Positions 24,966 to 37,399 are shown, counted from the first letter of the whole stretch. The stretch is DNA of 63,384 nucleotides, filler included, from Craspedostauros australis (GCA_030167865.1; 17 parts of 17 records of this genome joined end to end with filler, not necessarily neighbours in it); one strand, 5' to 3'. Made by a program: numbers and translations. Notes: generated from the sequence alone by a model not told the origin.

Positions 24966-26194
24966 GTGAAGACAGTGGCGCGTGAATACACGCTCGTCGA
25001 TCAAGTCTCAACCCACACGATACATACTACCTACATGCGTTCCATGCGCCCCATCGACGACGTCCATGACGCTGTTGATATCACAGATGATGGTAACGAG
25101 AATGACAACGATGATGACGTGCCTGATTCCGACGATGCAGAAGTCGCAGGTTCTTCTTCGGACGCGGAGACGATCTCGTTGATGTCAAGAGCCGATGCAC
25201 ACGCAGACGCAGACGCAGGCAGAAGCACGATCCCATCGATCACTGGCGTCACCACAAGTGCGAGCACAGGCGTTCACACTGCTGGAGATACGTCTGACTC
25301 TGGTGATATTGGCAGTGGTACATGCAGCGTCGCTTCGGGTGGCCACCAGCATGATGGCGCGAGCAACAGCGAAGTGGATGCGATGAGCCAGCCAAGCGGC
25401 GACAGCGACACCACCCAAAACAAGAAAGATGAGCAGACGGTATCCACTTCCGGTGTCTCAAGCCTCGGCCAAAACGACCATCTGCGAACACGCAATGATG
25501 ATAGCAGCGATGGCCATGGCAACGACAATCCTGATGATGCGACAGAGCAACATAGCGAGAGCCGAAGGCGCGTCCGTCTCGGCGAGGTCGCCAGCACGAC
25601 TGCCCACACTGCAGATGCAAGCCACCAAAACTCCAGGCACGACAAAGGTGACAACGACGGCGGTACTAAGATCACGAGCGGACGTGACCGCGGTCAGAAG
25701 TCCGGACGCCGGCACGATTCCAAGCAGGCGTATCCACGCTGCGACCATGATCCTCAGGCAACACTGGCCTACGAAGGCGAGAGACAGAACAAGAGCAACA
25801 TTCGCGCAGCGGCGGAGAGAGAATTCGATAGAAAGCACGAGAAGGACCTGGCGGCAATTCAAAATGTCGACAATGTCGAGGCAGACCCAAAGACAAGGCA
25901 GAACAACACCATCTCGCAACAGGTCCGCAACACCAACAACAATTATCACCAAAATTCACGGCATGGCAGACTCAACCCTATCGTGGCGCGAGACTCGTTG
26001 GACGGTGTTGGCACGGGCGTTCTCGACGCACCCGCTAGCGCGCCATTAGATGATCGGATGCGGCGCGGGCAAGACGAGGCTCCAGGATCCAATACGCATG
26101 GCATGCATGCGGCGACGGCGCATGTTGGCCCCCGCCCCCAAGACGAACGCATGTACGCCGCTCACCTGTACGATGACTTCGTCGATGACGACAC
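24966..26194 (+). CDS. Long low-complexity D/S/T/N-rich ORF, 3'-truncated by the contig end; possibly the N-terminal part of a retrotransposon gag
   Basis: More than 400 open codons (first ATG at 25036) with no recognisable domain; the next contig begins mid-gag. Confidence 0.4.
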
Positions 26195-26294
26195 NNNNNN
26201 NNNNNNNNNNNNNNNNNNNNNNNNNNNNNNNNNNNNNNTTAATTAATTAANNNNNNNNNNNNNNNNNNNNNNNNNNNNNNNNNNNNNNNNNNNN

Positions 26295-27823
26295 CCGTCG
26301 ACTTCATCACCGGCTCTGGCCTTACCTACGCCATGGCCCGCAACAACCCTGCAGTCCTCCCTCATTTCCACTTCAAGGAGGTTCCCATGGTCACAGAGCC
26401 CTCGTATGCCGCCATTGGATACTGGCAGCGCTGGGAGCTGAAGCTTGCTGGGGACGCGCCCGCTGGAGTACTCAAGTGGTACACACAACTCCAAGCCGAG
26501 GCTGCTGGTGTGGACATCCACATCTGTCCGCTTTCCGCGTTCAGTCCGCAGTGCTCCATCATTCCGCGCAACGCTCCACGTGAACGTGTCATCCGTGCCG
26601 GCGAGTGGCTGAACAAGAAGTTGCAACAGAAGGACATCCTCGATCTGGACGACCCTGCCATCTCCCTATTCTATTCTGGGACTTTCGGCATGTCGCCACA
26701 CCATCTGTCATCCTTCCTTTTCCTTCATCAAGTGCTCTCGGACGCATACATGCGTGTTGCCAACACCGTGAGCCAAGCGCCTGAGTATGGCGATTCGCAA
26801 GACGTCATCAAGTTCGCCACGGCGTTGTTGGAATTCCAACAAACCGAGAGCGTCGTTCACCGTCGCACGATCACTGATGTGGAGCTATCCCGCCGATTCC
26901 TCGAAGGTCTTCGCTCTCACCACATGCCTGTGGAACACCACATCACGTCTCTGTCCCTGGTGCCAGGCAACAAGCGCGTGCCCCCTCACCTACACGTGTC
27001 GGCTCTTGCCCGTACCATCAGAGGAGATCCCACTGCCTCAACGTCCAATATTGGCCACCGTGTGCAAACACGTTCGTCTGGGAAGTCTGGTGGCGATGGC
27101 AAGCGTGGCGAGCGCAAGCGGTCCGAGTTTTATCAACCGGACAAGGATGCATTCTGCTCCGCGTGCCACCGCAAGGGACATCATGCGCGCAGCTGCCTTC
27201 CATGGGCACGCGATCTGCGTTTCGCTGAGCTCCGCGAGTCCGAACCTGACCTTGCTGCGAAGGTTCTCAAGACGTACAAGGAGGTCTACTCCAGCGAGCG
27301 TGCAAGCACAGTTGCCAGGGCTGTCGCTCTTGTCCACCATGGACGTGACTCATTGAGCGATGACGGCGACAACAGCAGCGACGACGAGCGTACGGCGCAG
27401 ATCCTTTTCCAGGATTTTGTTCTTGCCGGCCGGAAGTAGAGCAGCTCTCCGGTGAACGGCTACTACCCGTTGCTCGCCCATGCGGGATGCAAACAGGCAC
27501 GCACACCAGCGTTGCATCTCCGCTACAAACTGCCTCAACCCAAGTGCAGTTCACAGAGCCGGATCGTTTCATGACGTCAACGACGGTCCCGCTCCGTGCA
27601 AATGCACTTGCAGGGTCTCGCGACAGCGAATGGCGCCAACGAATTCACGGTCAGTGTGATCTAGGTGCCAACGTTTGCGCGACTCCACATGCGCGTCTCC
27701 TCAGTGACTATACCGCGTTTACTACTCCTTCCAGCCTTGAGGCAGCGGACTCGTCTTCGCCTGCTATGGAGTGCCCGGGAGAAGGGTACATGCGGATATC
27801 ATGTGGTGGCGGCGCGCATCTTT
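26295..27823 (+). mobile_element. Ty1/Copia-like (CoDi-type) LTR retrotransposon fragment: gag C-terminus (to 27439) and start of pol protease in the -1 frame
   Basis: Zinc knuckle CSACHRKGHHARSC (Cx2Cx4Hx4C); protease-like QCDLGANVCAT...LL.DY...L..AD...C.GEGY. Confidence 0.8.
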
Positions 27824-27923
27824 NNNNNNNNNNNNNNNNNNNNNNNNNNNNNNNNNNNNNNNNNNNNTTAATTAATTAANNNNNNNNNNNNNNNNNNNNN
27901 NNNNNNNNNNNNNNNNNNNNNNN

Positions 27924-30124
27924 TCTTTGGATTCCTGGATGCTGAAGATGGTGGATGCCCTCGATTTGCCGCATTCCGAGCTGAAAGTCTTGAATGACTC
28001 ATCCTCGAGTCTGGGCTTTTTGGCTACCGGGGATCCTGATGGAGAGTTGTCTTCGATCTCGTCCATGCCTTCGATCTCTACCGAACCCATATCTTCGTCA
28101 ACGATGTAGTCAAGTTCTCCTTCGAATTCGACGTCTTCATACCCCTGTCCTGTGGCGTCCTTGGCGTACCCCGCACTCATCTCCAGGATGTTGTCGTCAA
28201 ACCAGTCGTCTGTGGAGCTGTTGATTTCCGTTCTGCACCTGATTGCGATGGAGTTCAGAATGTTCTTGGCTTGGTCGTACCGATCGTCAAAGGCCACAAT
28301 GCTCAAGGCGTCTTCATCCCCGTCTGCCATGTGTGTCGTGCTGACGTCGTGAAAGTAGGGGTTTCCTTCTGGTGTCTTGTGCTGATTCAGGAATTCTCGC
28401 AGCGTGGTCGATTTTGTCTGCGCGTCTGGAGTATCGAGCGAGACGTCGCCGTCCAGCCGGAACCGCTTGAGTTGGCGCACGTAGCGCTTGTGTTTGCGTG
28501 TCATCTTCCTGAGTTTCGCTGCTGTGTCTGCTCCGATGGTGGATGTGCCTGGGTTGGGAACAAATCGGTAGTTCAACCCCCCTCTGTTGGCGTCCTTCGC
28601 GTTGAACACCTTACCCAGGGCTTTTGATACCTTCCGGGCGTGGCTAGTGTTGGCGTGCAGGTGCAGCGCAACCCATGGTTTGTTGATCCAGGTGCCAAGG
28701 TTCTTGCGGTGTTCTTCGCGCGTCTCATCTGAAACCTGACCTAGGAATTTGATTCTTCCTCCCACTTGAAGTTTGGGTTGGATTTGTTGCAGCAGCCAGT
28801 TGATCACTCCAATCGTTTGCTTTGTGTTTGTGAAGTTTCCGGAATAGGCAAGGAAGCCAACATCAGTGATGTTCTCTGCGTCCTTGAGATCTTGGACGTA
28901 GGCGTACTCTCCTGTCGAGTATCCGCCTTCCATTTCTGCTCGTCGACTGGTGAGCGCGTTCAGGTTTTGGCTGCCCCCCAGCTTCAATTGCATGTACACG
29001 TCTGATTGCTTTGCTGTCGGCTTGGCTCTGCACACGAATTTCTTCAGCTCGTCCCAGTTGGTAGGGATGGGTTCCTTTTCCGAGATGGTTCCTGCTGATT
29101 TGTGTCACTTATACCAGGGGTATATGACTAGTTTGGGCTCGATCGTCAGTGCATGGTCAAACCACAATTCAAATCTGGATTGGAAATCTCTGATCAGTGT
29201 GGAGGAGTTCTTCGGGATGGTCAGCCTGAGGTTGAAGCATTCGTTGAACTTTCTGCTGGGTGTTGCCATCATCTGGACTGAGGACTGTCTCACCCTGGTC
29301 CATGTCCCGTCGTCGCCGCTTGCATCACCTTTTGGGTTCGTCTCGTTGACTACTCCATCTGGCTCCTGAATCCTCACTTTGGTTTTTGGAGGTACTTTCA
29401 CTGTGTGTTGCGTGAGAGAGGTCTGTCTCGTTCGTTTGACCAAAATGGATTCCAGTTGGATTCCATCCATGTCGTCGTCGCTATCCGACGATGCTTCCTG
29501 TGCCATGATGACATCAGAGTATTGGCACCCCATGTGCCGGACTGCTGCTGCCCAAGCCAATGTGATCTGGTTTCGTGTCATTGACTTGTTATCAGTGTGG
29601 AGTTCCATCTTGAAGCATTCCGTCGGATCCGTTTTGGAGAGATCTGCGACCAATTGCTTGATTTTCACGTGTTCTGGTGCGTCCTGTGCGACTCTGCTCG
29701 TGCTGAATTTGTTCGTCCTGCCGTCCATCACCTTTTGGAAGAACTCTGCCAGCTCCTTGGTGCTTGGCATGTGTGCCAAAGCATTTGAACTGTCCTTTCC
29801 TTCCCATGTTGCCTTTTGGATGTACATCCGTTTGACTCTGTCGTGGAGGGATGACGGACCTTCTTCGTATACTTCAGTGGCTTTGATTGCCTTGGCGTTG
29901 GCTGCAACTTGTTTTGGGAGTTTTTTCCACTGTGTTGTTTCGGGCTCTTGCCATTGGATGGCTATCCTGCCTTGGCTCTCCATCAGTTCTGCTGCCACGA
30001 TCTTCGGATCAGGCTCTGGTGGTGGCTTGGGACCTCCTGTTGCTCCTGATGTCATGTTTCGATTCGATGGTTGCTCCGTATCGTTGGTGTTGTGCTTCAA
30101 ACTTGTGCCGTTTTTCGTCGCCAT
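27924..30124 (-). mobile_element. Non-LTR retrotransposon ORF1 (5' part) with one in-frame TGA at 29107-29105
   Basis: ORFs 29105-30124 and 27872-29035 share a frame (YPWYK*HKSAGT...). 27924-28549 is the reverse complement of 32668-33293, which leads into an APE-RT ORF2. Confidence 0.75.
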
Positions 30125-30421
30125 GATCGATTGTCGGTTCTTTTCCCTACTTGAGGAATCAGTAGAATCTGTACTGGTGTCAGTGTTTTTGCTGTTGGAT
30201 TTTCGCTTTACTAGTGTTATCGTTTGTTTGGGTTTTCTGGGTTCTCGTCGCTATGCGCTCTCTTCCTATATTCCTCTTTCTGAATGTGCTGTTGCTCCCA
30301 TGATGTTCGTATCCATGGTATATGCTCGTCCGTTGGTCATTAGAGGCAAATGTATCAACTTTCGGGCCGTTTAGAGCACTCAATGCAACGAATAATCACT
30401 CTCTACATTCGCATTGCTTTA

Positions 30422-32567
30422 TTATTCTGGTCTGCTTCTGTCGCAGATCTCCTTCCGGTGCTCCTGCAGCAACGACACCTTCTTGCTGGCACCCCATTCG
30501 TCATACAGCCGAATTGCTTCGTTGAGATGATATTCCGCACCGTCGACGTCTTGCTCCAGCAGCATGTGCTCGGCCAGCCGTTCATTGGCCAAGGCTTGGT
30601 CGTGCGGGAACCCTGTCCGCGCACAGGCCCGGATTGCATCCTGGTACATCGTGACAGCATCCATGAACGCCTTTTCTCGCTGTCTGCTCTTGTGCGCCTT
30701 CCATGCGGCTCTCTCCGCGTTGAGGATGGCGAGGCAGTGGACCGCATTTGGGTTGCCCTTGTTCACGGTACCCCGCAGTTGCTTGCGGGTTTTCTGAGCC
30801 AGCCGCTTGTACGTGCTGCGTTGGGACCGTGTGAGGCACCTGTCTTGATTAGAAGCGATTGTCATTGTGAAAGAGGTGGTAAAGAGGAAAAACATCATCG
30901 TGATGTAACCGGGCGGCGTCTTCATCTGGTCCTCGTAGGCTTCCAATGCCAGCTGGGCGGCGCCGTCATAATCTCCAAAGTACATCATCAAGAACAGCTT
31001 ACTTCGGAGCAAGTCCGTCAGCAATGTTATGTCCTTCGTTTCTTCGTGGCGTCGCATGGACGCGATTTCGTCAAACACGTCACCGACGAGCATTGTCTGC
31101 TCATCAGATCGTCCTCTCAGATTCAAGACTATCTGCCACCTGACAGATAGCTGCTCGCTTGCCTTGGCTTGGTTGAAGTCTTCGGAGACCTTTGTGTACG
31201 TTGAGAGGTCTGTGTCGAGATCTTTCAGGGACTTGGCTGTAAGAAAGCACAGGTCGAAGTAGAAGAGCAAGGCCCACATTGAGATTTGCATGTCGCCAGC
31301 AGACATGCCGTCTGGGTGGGCATCCAGCACCGGCTGCATGCAATTCTCGTATGGAATGAAGTTGTTCAATGCCAGGCCGTATGAGACGACCATCGTTCGA
31401 GCTGATACTGACTTGTCGCTGCCTGTTTTGCACCATCGTATCGCGTAGTCGGCGTAGAGCCTTGCATTCTCCCAATCATCCAAAATAGGACCTACCAGCA
31501 TCGCAAGGCCCGCGAGGGCAACTGGAGTAGAGTTGGTTCTCCCTGTCTTCATGCCGTAGTTGATGCCATCGATCGTGACGAGAGGATTTACGCCTGGATC
31601 GCAAAGAGCTGCAGACCAACTGTATTTATCCATGCTTCTAATGATGAGCTCATCCATCGGATCCTCAGACGGCTTCATTGACTCCAAATATTCCAACGTC
31701 CACTTCCTTGTGGATGCCTTCAGCTTCAGCAGTCTCATGATGACAACCATCAGTCTCCTTTTGCTACCCTTGGGATACCGATACCCCAGCTGGGCCATCA
31801 GCCCAGCACCGACCGCCATTCTATCCCTCGCTTTGCCTTGTTGGATCGAGACCATCTTCCCGTCCATCAAAACATGATACGCCCTTATCTTGTCGATCAG
31901 AGGACACTCGTCTCGCTCGATCACCATGTTGCCGTACTTCTGCATCATCTCAAACTGGCTGCTCACGTATGCGCACTCCGCGGCTGATGTGAAGAGCTGG
32001 AGGGTCATGTCGTAATGTGTTCTCCAGTGGTCGGGCGGCATCATGCCGATGGTATTTTGGAAGTACTTGAATGCTACTCGGAAGGCTGCATGCGATGCGG
32101 CGACAGTTCCAGCCTCGAAGTTGAGCATTGCGATCCTGAAGCGCCTTGTTTGGGTGATGTCGATGTCTTCTTTTGACGGCGACGACGACGATGATGACGA
32201 CGATGAGGATGGGTACTGCGGGACCATATCCAAACGGGCGTTGAGGAGATTCACCACAACGAACATTGAAACCTCGGAGTCTTCTTCTGATAGCCGATCC
32301 ATCAAGATGATTCCGATGCGATACTGGAGCTCCAGAAGGTGCATCTTCGATGGGATCATTCCCAATGCCGCCTCCTGCACCTTGTCGTGAATGAAGGAGT
32401 ACTCGGATGCGGCAGACGCCTGTGCTGGTGATGTCACGGGCGATGCTGGCGATGTGAGCTGAGGAGTAGAGCTGCTGCCGTTACCGTTGCCGTTGCCGTT
32501 GCCGTCGTCGACAATGCTACCGCCAGCATGAGACTCAATCAGTCCCTCCGCCTCATAGGTATTCAGG
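30422..32567 (-). CDS. C-terminal helical (TPR-like) region of a COG3899/AAA_16 STAND-type ATPase; 5'-truncated
   Basis: YSFIHDKVQEAA, LNFEAG..A...AAF..A..Y, DHW..HYD.TL.L...AAE, HDQALANERLA and AIRLYDEWGA.KKV.LL. Confidence 0.8.
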
Positions 32568-32667
32568 NNNNNNNNNNNNNNNNNNNNNNNNNNNNNNNNN
32601 NNNNNNNNNNNTTAATTAATTAANNNNNNNNNNNNNNNNNNNNNNNNNNNNNNNNNNNNNNNNNNNN

Positions 32668-35600
32668 GGCACATCCACCATCGGAGCAGACACAGCAGCG
32701 AAACTCAGGAAGATGACACGCAAACACAAGCGCTACGTGCGCCAACTCAAGCGGTTCCGGCTGGACGGCGACGTCTCGCTCGATACTCCAGACGCGCAGA
32801 CAAAATCGACCACGCTGCGAGAATTCCTGAATCAGCACAAGACACCAGAAGGAAACCCCTACTTTCACGACGTCAGCACGACACACATGGCAGACGGGGA
32901 TGAAGACGCCTTGAGCATTGTGGCCTTTGACGATCGGTACGACCAAGCCAAGAACATTCTGAACTCCATCGCAATCAGGTGCAGAACGGAAATCAACAGC
33001 TCCACAGACGACTGGTTTGACGACAACATCCTGGAGATGAGTGCGGGGTACGCCAAGGACGCCACAGGACAGGGGTATGAAGACGTCGAATTCGAAGGAG
33101 AACTTGACTACATCGTTGACGAAGATATGGGTTCGGTAGAGATCGAAGGCATGGACGAGATCGAAGACAACTCTCCATCAGGATCCCCGGTAGCCAAAAA
33201 GCCCAGACTCGAGGATGAGTCATTCAAGACTTTCAGCTCGGAATGCGGCAAATCGAGGGCATCCACCATCTTCAGCATCCAGGAATCCAAAGATGACAGC
33301 GCCGAGATCAAAGAAGACAAGCTGGCGACAGCCATGCGGCAAGCAAGGGAAGCACAACAAGCAGAAGCCAACAGAAAGAAAGTGGAGGACCAGAGGCAGG
33401 AACTCATCAAAAAAGACAGAATCATCGAGGAGCTGAGAGCCAAACACGCAGAAGAGGAACCCAGGAACTCAAACTCCCCCGGCTTTAGCACGGACGGGGG
33501 CCAACAAACTGATTAACACAAGGCTGGAGGAAGGGGAAGCATCAACACCCACCTCCGCAAGCCAAACGGATGCTCTCAGGGAGGAAGTGCGTCGGAATGA
33601 GCACAACCTCCAAGTCTCTTACTGGGGAGACAACCCACGTGACAAAGGACGCCATACTATACGCATCGGCGCCCTCAACGTGGGCTGTCTACTGGAAGAG
33701 ACAGGGCATTGGAAAAACAGAGACACTTGGGAATGGACAAAGAAACTACAACTCGACGTGGCAATGTTTTCCAAAATCGGGCTGAACTGGTCCAAAGTAG
33801 CGAAACGCCACTCATGGCACTCGCGGATCAAAGGCCAATACAGCTCATGGCGCCAAACGATGGCATACAACAAACAAGAGAAGATGGGACCAGTACGACA
33901 ATGGGGAGGCACGGGCTGCCTGATCATCAACGAAACAGCTGGGCGACACAAGGGATCAGCAGAGGATCCAAGGCAGCTAGGACGATGGTCAAGCATGGTG
34001 CTCCGCGGCAAAGACGACGCTATTGTGAGAATTGTAAGCGTGTACGTTCCAACCACATCAGGGAAAGGACCTCGCACGGTTGCAAACCAGCAATCAGCCT
34101 GGTTAGAGCTGCAGGGAATCACCGCCCCACCAATAGCCACCCTCATCGACGACCTGGAAGCAGAAATACAGCAATGGCACACACAAGGCGAAACGATCAT
34201 ACTGGGCGGGGACATCAACATGCAGGTTGCACACTCACAAATGGCAACAATGCTCGAGCGACAAGGCATGAAGGAAGCCATACTCAGCAAGCATCCCCAA
34301 CAAACACCGGTAGCAACGCAAGTGCGCGCAGAAACAGCAAGAGTGATAGACGGCATATGGGTCTCGGAATTGGTGGGGGTACAGAGGGCAGGATACAGCG
34401 ACTACGGAAGCTGGGACCACCGTACAGCATGGATCGAGATCTCCAGTGAAGCCATCTTCGGAGTGAGAAGCCGGCCGACCAAGAAATTCGAAGGAAGACG
34501 CCTGCAAACGAACAAGCCAGCTACAATGAAACGATACCAACAAGCGGTCAAGACCGGATATGCCAAAGCGGACCTGCGGCACCGGTCTGAAAACGTACTG
34601 GCTATGCTCAAGGATGACGGGATCATGACAGAGACACTACTCCAGGAGACAGAAGAAATCGACAAAGCCAGAAAGGAGATCATGCTCCAAGCAGAACGAG
34701 GATCCAGACGAATATTCGCGGGACGAGTACCATACTCACCGGCCGCCAAAAAAGCGGCAATGGAGAAGAAGTTCTGGGAAATCGCGTGGAGGCGACGACA
34801 GGGAAAGAGGGTGAGTGCGAGGTGGTACGACCGGGCCAAGCAGCTAGCCGGCGTACGACAGCCAACATCGCACCTCACCGCAGACGACATCCAGCAGCAA
34901 CGGAAGCTGGCCCACGAGAAGTGGAAGCAAGTGAAATGGAGTGCTCTGGCACACAGGAGAACCTTCCTTGAGCAACGTGCCGATGAGATGGCGGAAGCTG
35001 GCAACACATCCGCCAGCACAGCACTTGCCGCGATCATCGTCCGAGAAGAGACAGCAGAAACATTCTGGTCAATAAAGCGGACACTACAAGGCGGAGCCAG
35101 CAACAGCAGGGTAACCACGGTCATCGCCAAAGACGAGCATGGCGAAGAAAGAACATCCAGCAAAGAACGCGAAGTTATTGCCCACTGCATGAAGGCCAAC
35201 GAGCTCAAGTACAGGCAAGCATACGCAACACCGCTGCAAAGCGAAGTGTTCGAGCGAAGTGTGAAGCACGGAGGCATCGAAATGGCAACACGACGACACG
35301 GGCCATCCATGGACCAATACTCCCAAGACCTTCTCGCGCAGCTTCAAAACACAAGCCAATTGACGCAGTGGGACGCACGTCGCATGGAGATACCGATAGA
35401 GGAACATCAACAAGCCTGGGCCAAAGCCCGAGAACGCACCGCGTCAGGTCCCTCTGGCTTGCATTTCGGAATGTGGAAAGCAAACGCCAAAATCGAGGAA
35501 GCGGCAGCAACCGACGCCGCCATGCGCGAGATATCTCTGCGATCGGGGTACAACCTGGCTCGATGGCTGTGATGCTCTGATATCACTCTACTCAAAGAGG

Positions 35601-36692
35601 AAGGAAACTACAGGGTCGAGCGCTTCCGTACCATCAGCCTCGTCGAAGGAGATTTCAACATGAATCTGAAGAAGATTGGCAAGGAAATGATGGACCACGC
35701 CGAAGTGAATGGGCTTCTGCCAGAAGAGCAATACGGTAGCCGGAAGTGCAGAAGCGCGGCCGAAGTCAGCTTGAACAACCGACTGACAGGTGACATCATC
35801 AGAAGCACGGGACGCACGAGTTTCGTTTGCTCGAACGACGCGAAGAGTTGCTATGACCGTATGGCGCACGTGCCTCTGCAACTGAGCATGAGCAGCATCG
35901 GAGTGCCATCAGTTGTCAGCTCAAGTGTGATCGCAGCGGTGGAAACAATGCAACATCATGTGCTCACAGGATACGGTCTGTCTCGCGCCACATACCCCAA
36001 GAAGCCGCCCAAACCACAAGGGCTTCTTCAAGGCCTTGGAGTCTCGCCGGCCGGGTGGGTGGCGATGAGTTCACCGCTCATGAAGATCATGGCAGATCGA
36101 GGCTACGGATTCTCATCACAGCACCGAATCACCAGCGAATCAACTCAATTGGTATGCTTCTCATTTGTCGACGATACTTATTAGAGCACTATCGAGAAAT
36201 CACAAGGGGAGAGCAAAAGCAAAGTACCATGCCGGGATTCGAACCCGGAACCTCAGTTAGAATTACTGGTGCTCTACCGTTGAGCTACAGGCGATGCGAT
36301 TGCTGAACCGAACACAAGTGAAATTTATAGATAGTGGGGGCTACGGGAGTAACGTACTTAGCACTATTCGATTTTGTGCTGATAATACTGATATAATTCA
36401 CACCATCCAAGCCGATGCAACAGACTCAACCGGGTGCATATAGGAAGTGCAACAAGTGGTCGACACGTGGGAAGGAGTGCTCCGAGCAACGGGAGGAGCA
36501 CTGGAACCGCAAAAGAGTTACTGGTACCTATTGGCGTTCAAGTGGAATGGCAAAGCTTGGGAATACAAGCAGGAAACCGAGGTCCCTGGCAACATCAGCA
36601 TCAGGCAACCAGACAGCGAAGAAAGATCAGAGCTACAACGCCTCTCAGTCAATCAAGCGCGCAAAGCGTTAGGAGTTGTTGGAAATCCGGGG
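32668..36692 (+). mobile_element. Non-LTR retrotransposon (Ambal-like diatom LINE): ORF1 end (stop 33516) and pseudogenised APE endonuclease-reverse transcriptase ORF2
   Basis: APE motifs GALNVG, GGDIN, RVIDGIW, WDHR. RT motifs TASGPSG, RFRTISL.EGDFN, EQYGSR, NDAKSCYDR, QGLLQG, FVDDT, LRATGGAL.PQKSYWY. Stops at 35570 and 36441; insertion at 36179-36384; homology lost near 36692. Confidence 0.9.
36179..36384 (-). mobile_element. 206-bp insertion with a tRNA-like Pol III cassette (36294-36224), TAT...ATA ends and ATACT TSD
   Basis: ATACT at 36174-36178 and 36385-36389; excision restores FVDDTDIIH. A box TAGCTCAACGG, B box GGTTCGAATCC. Confidence 0.85.
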
Positions 36693-37399
36693 TTATAGTT
36701 AGTACAAAATTCTAATCTGCTGTTAGAAACTGTACCGTTTTAGAACTGTGAGCACAATCTCACTTTCTCTTCCGATTTCGTTTTCTTGGAAGGCATCTGT
36801 CGCGGTAACGACACGGGGCATCCTGTTGTCTCTTAGGTGCTTCCCTCTTCATTCATCATGCTCTGTTCTTGCTTCNNNNNNNNNNNNNNNNNNNNNNNNN
36901 NNNNNNNNNNNNNNNNNNNNNNNNNNNNNNNNNNNNNNNNNNNNNNNNNNNNNNNNNNNNNNNNNNNNNNNNNNNNNNNNNNNNNNNNNNNNNNNNNNNN
37001 NNNNNNNNNNNNNNNNNNNNNNNNNNNNNNNNNNNNNNNNNNNNNNNNNNNNNNNNNNNNNNNNNNNNNNNNNNNNNNNNNNNNNNNNNNNNNNNNNNNN
37101 NNNNNNNNNNNNNNNNNNTGTGCTGTCCTCTGAAGAAGGTGCGTCACTTGCCCATGGACATGCTGTTCTGATCGACGTCGTCGTCTGGATGGTTGCCATG
37201 GTAGGCGTGGTATCAGGACCTCCTGATCCGCCGTGGGTGTCTTCCTTACGTTACCAGAGGACAGGCTACCCTCCTCGCGGTTGTACAGGTATCAATCGCG
37301 TCCGTATGCTTAGTCATAGTCATAATGACATGGTATACAAAGGTGTGACAAATAGTCTCCGAACATGTGACGAATAATATTCAAAGCTGTGACGAACAA

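Noticed and set aside
29105..29107. UGA recoding or selenocysteine suggested by several in-frame TGA codons
   Set aside because: All are in decayed TEs or a pseudogene, alongside a TAG and a catalytic-residue loss; deamination is the simpler explanation and I saw no SECIS.
29379..31150. Long antisense ORFs (331 and 266 aa), and similar ones opposite NRT2, the LINE ORF2 and 39666-42371
   Set aside because: Shadow ORFs of real genes on the opposite strand.
36224..36294. Functional tRNA-Glu(TTC) or amber-suppressor tRNA
   Set aside because: Acceptor stem has three mismatches, there is no U33 or purine 37, and it lies inside a TSD-flanked insertion.
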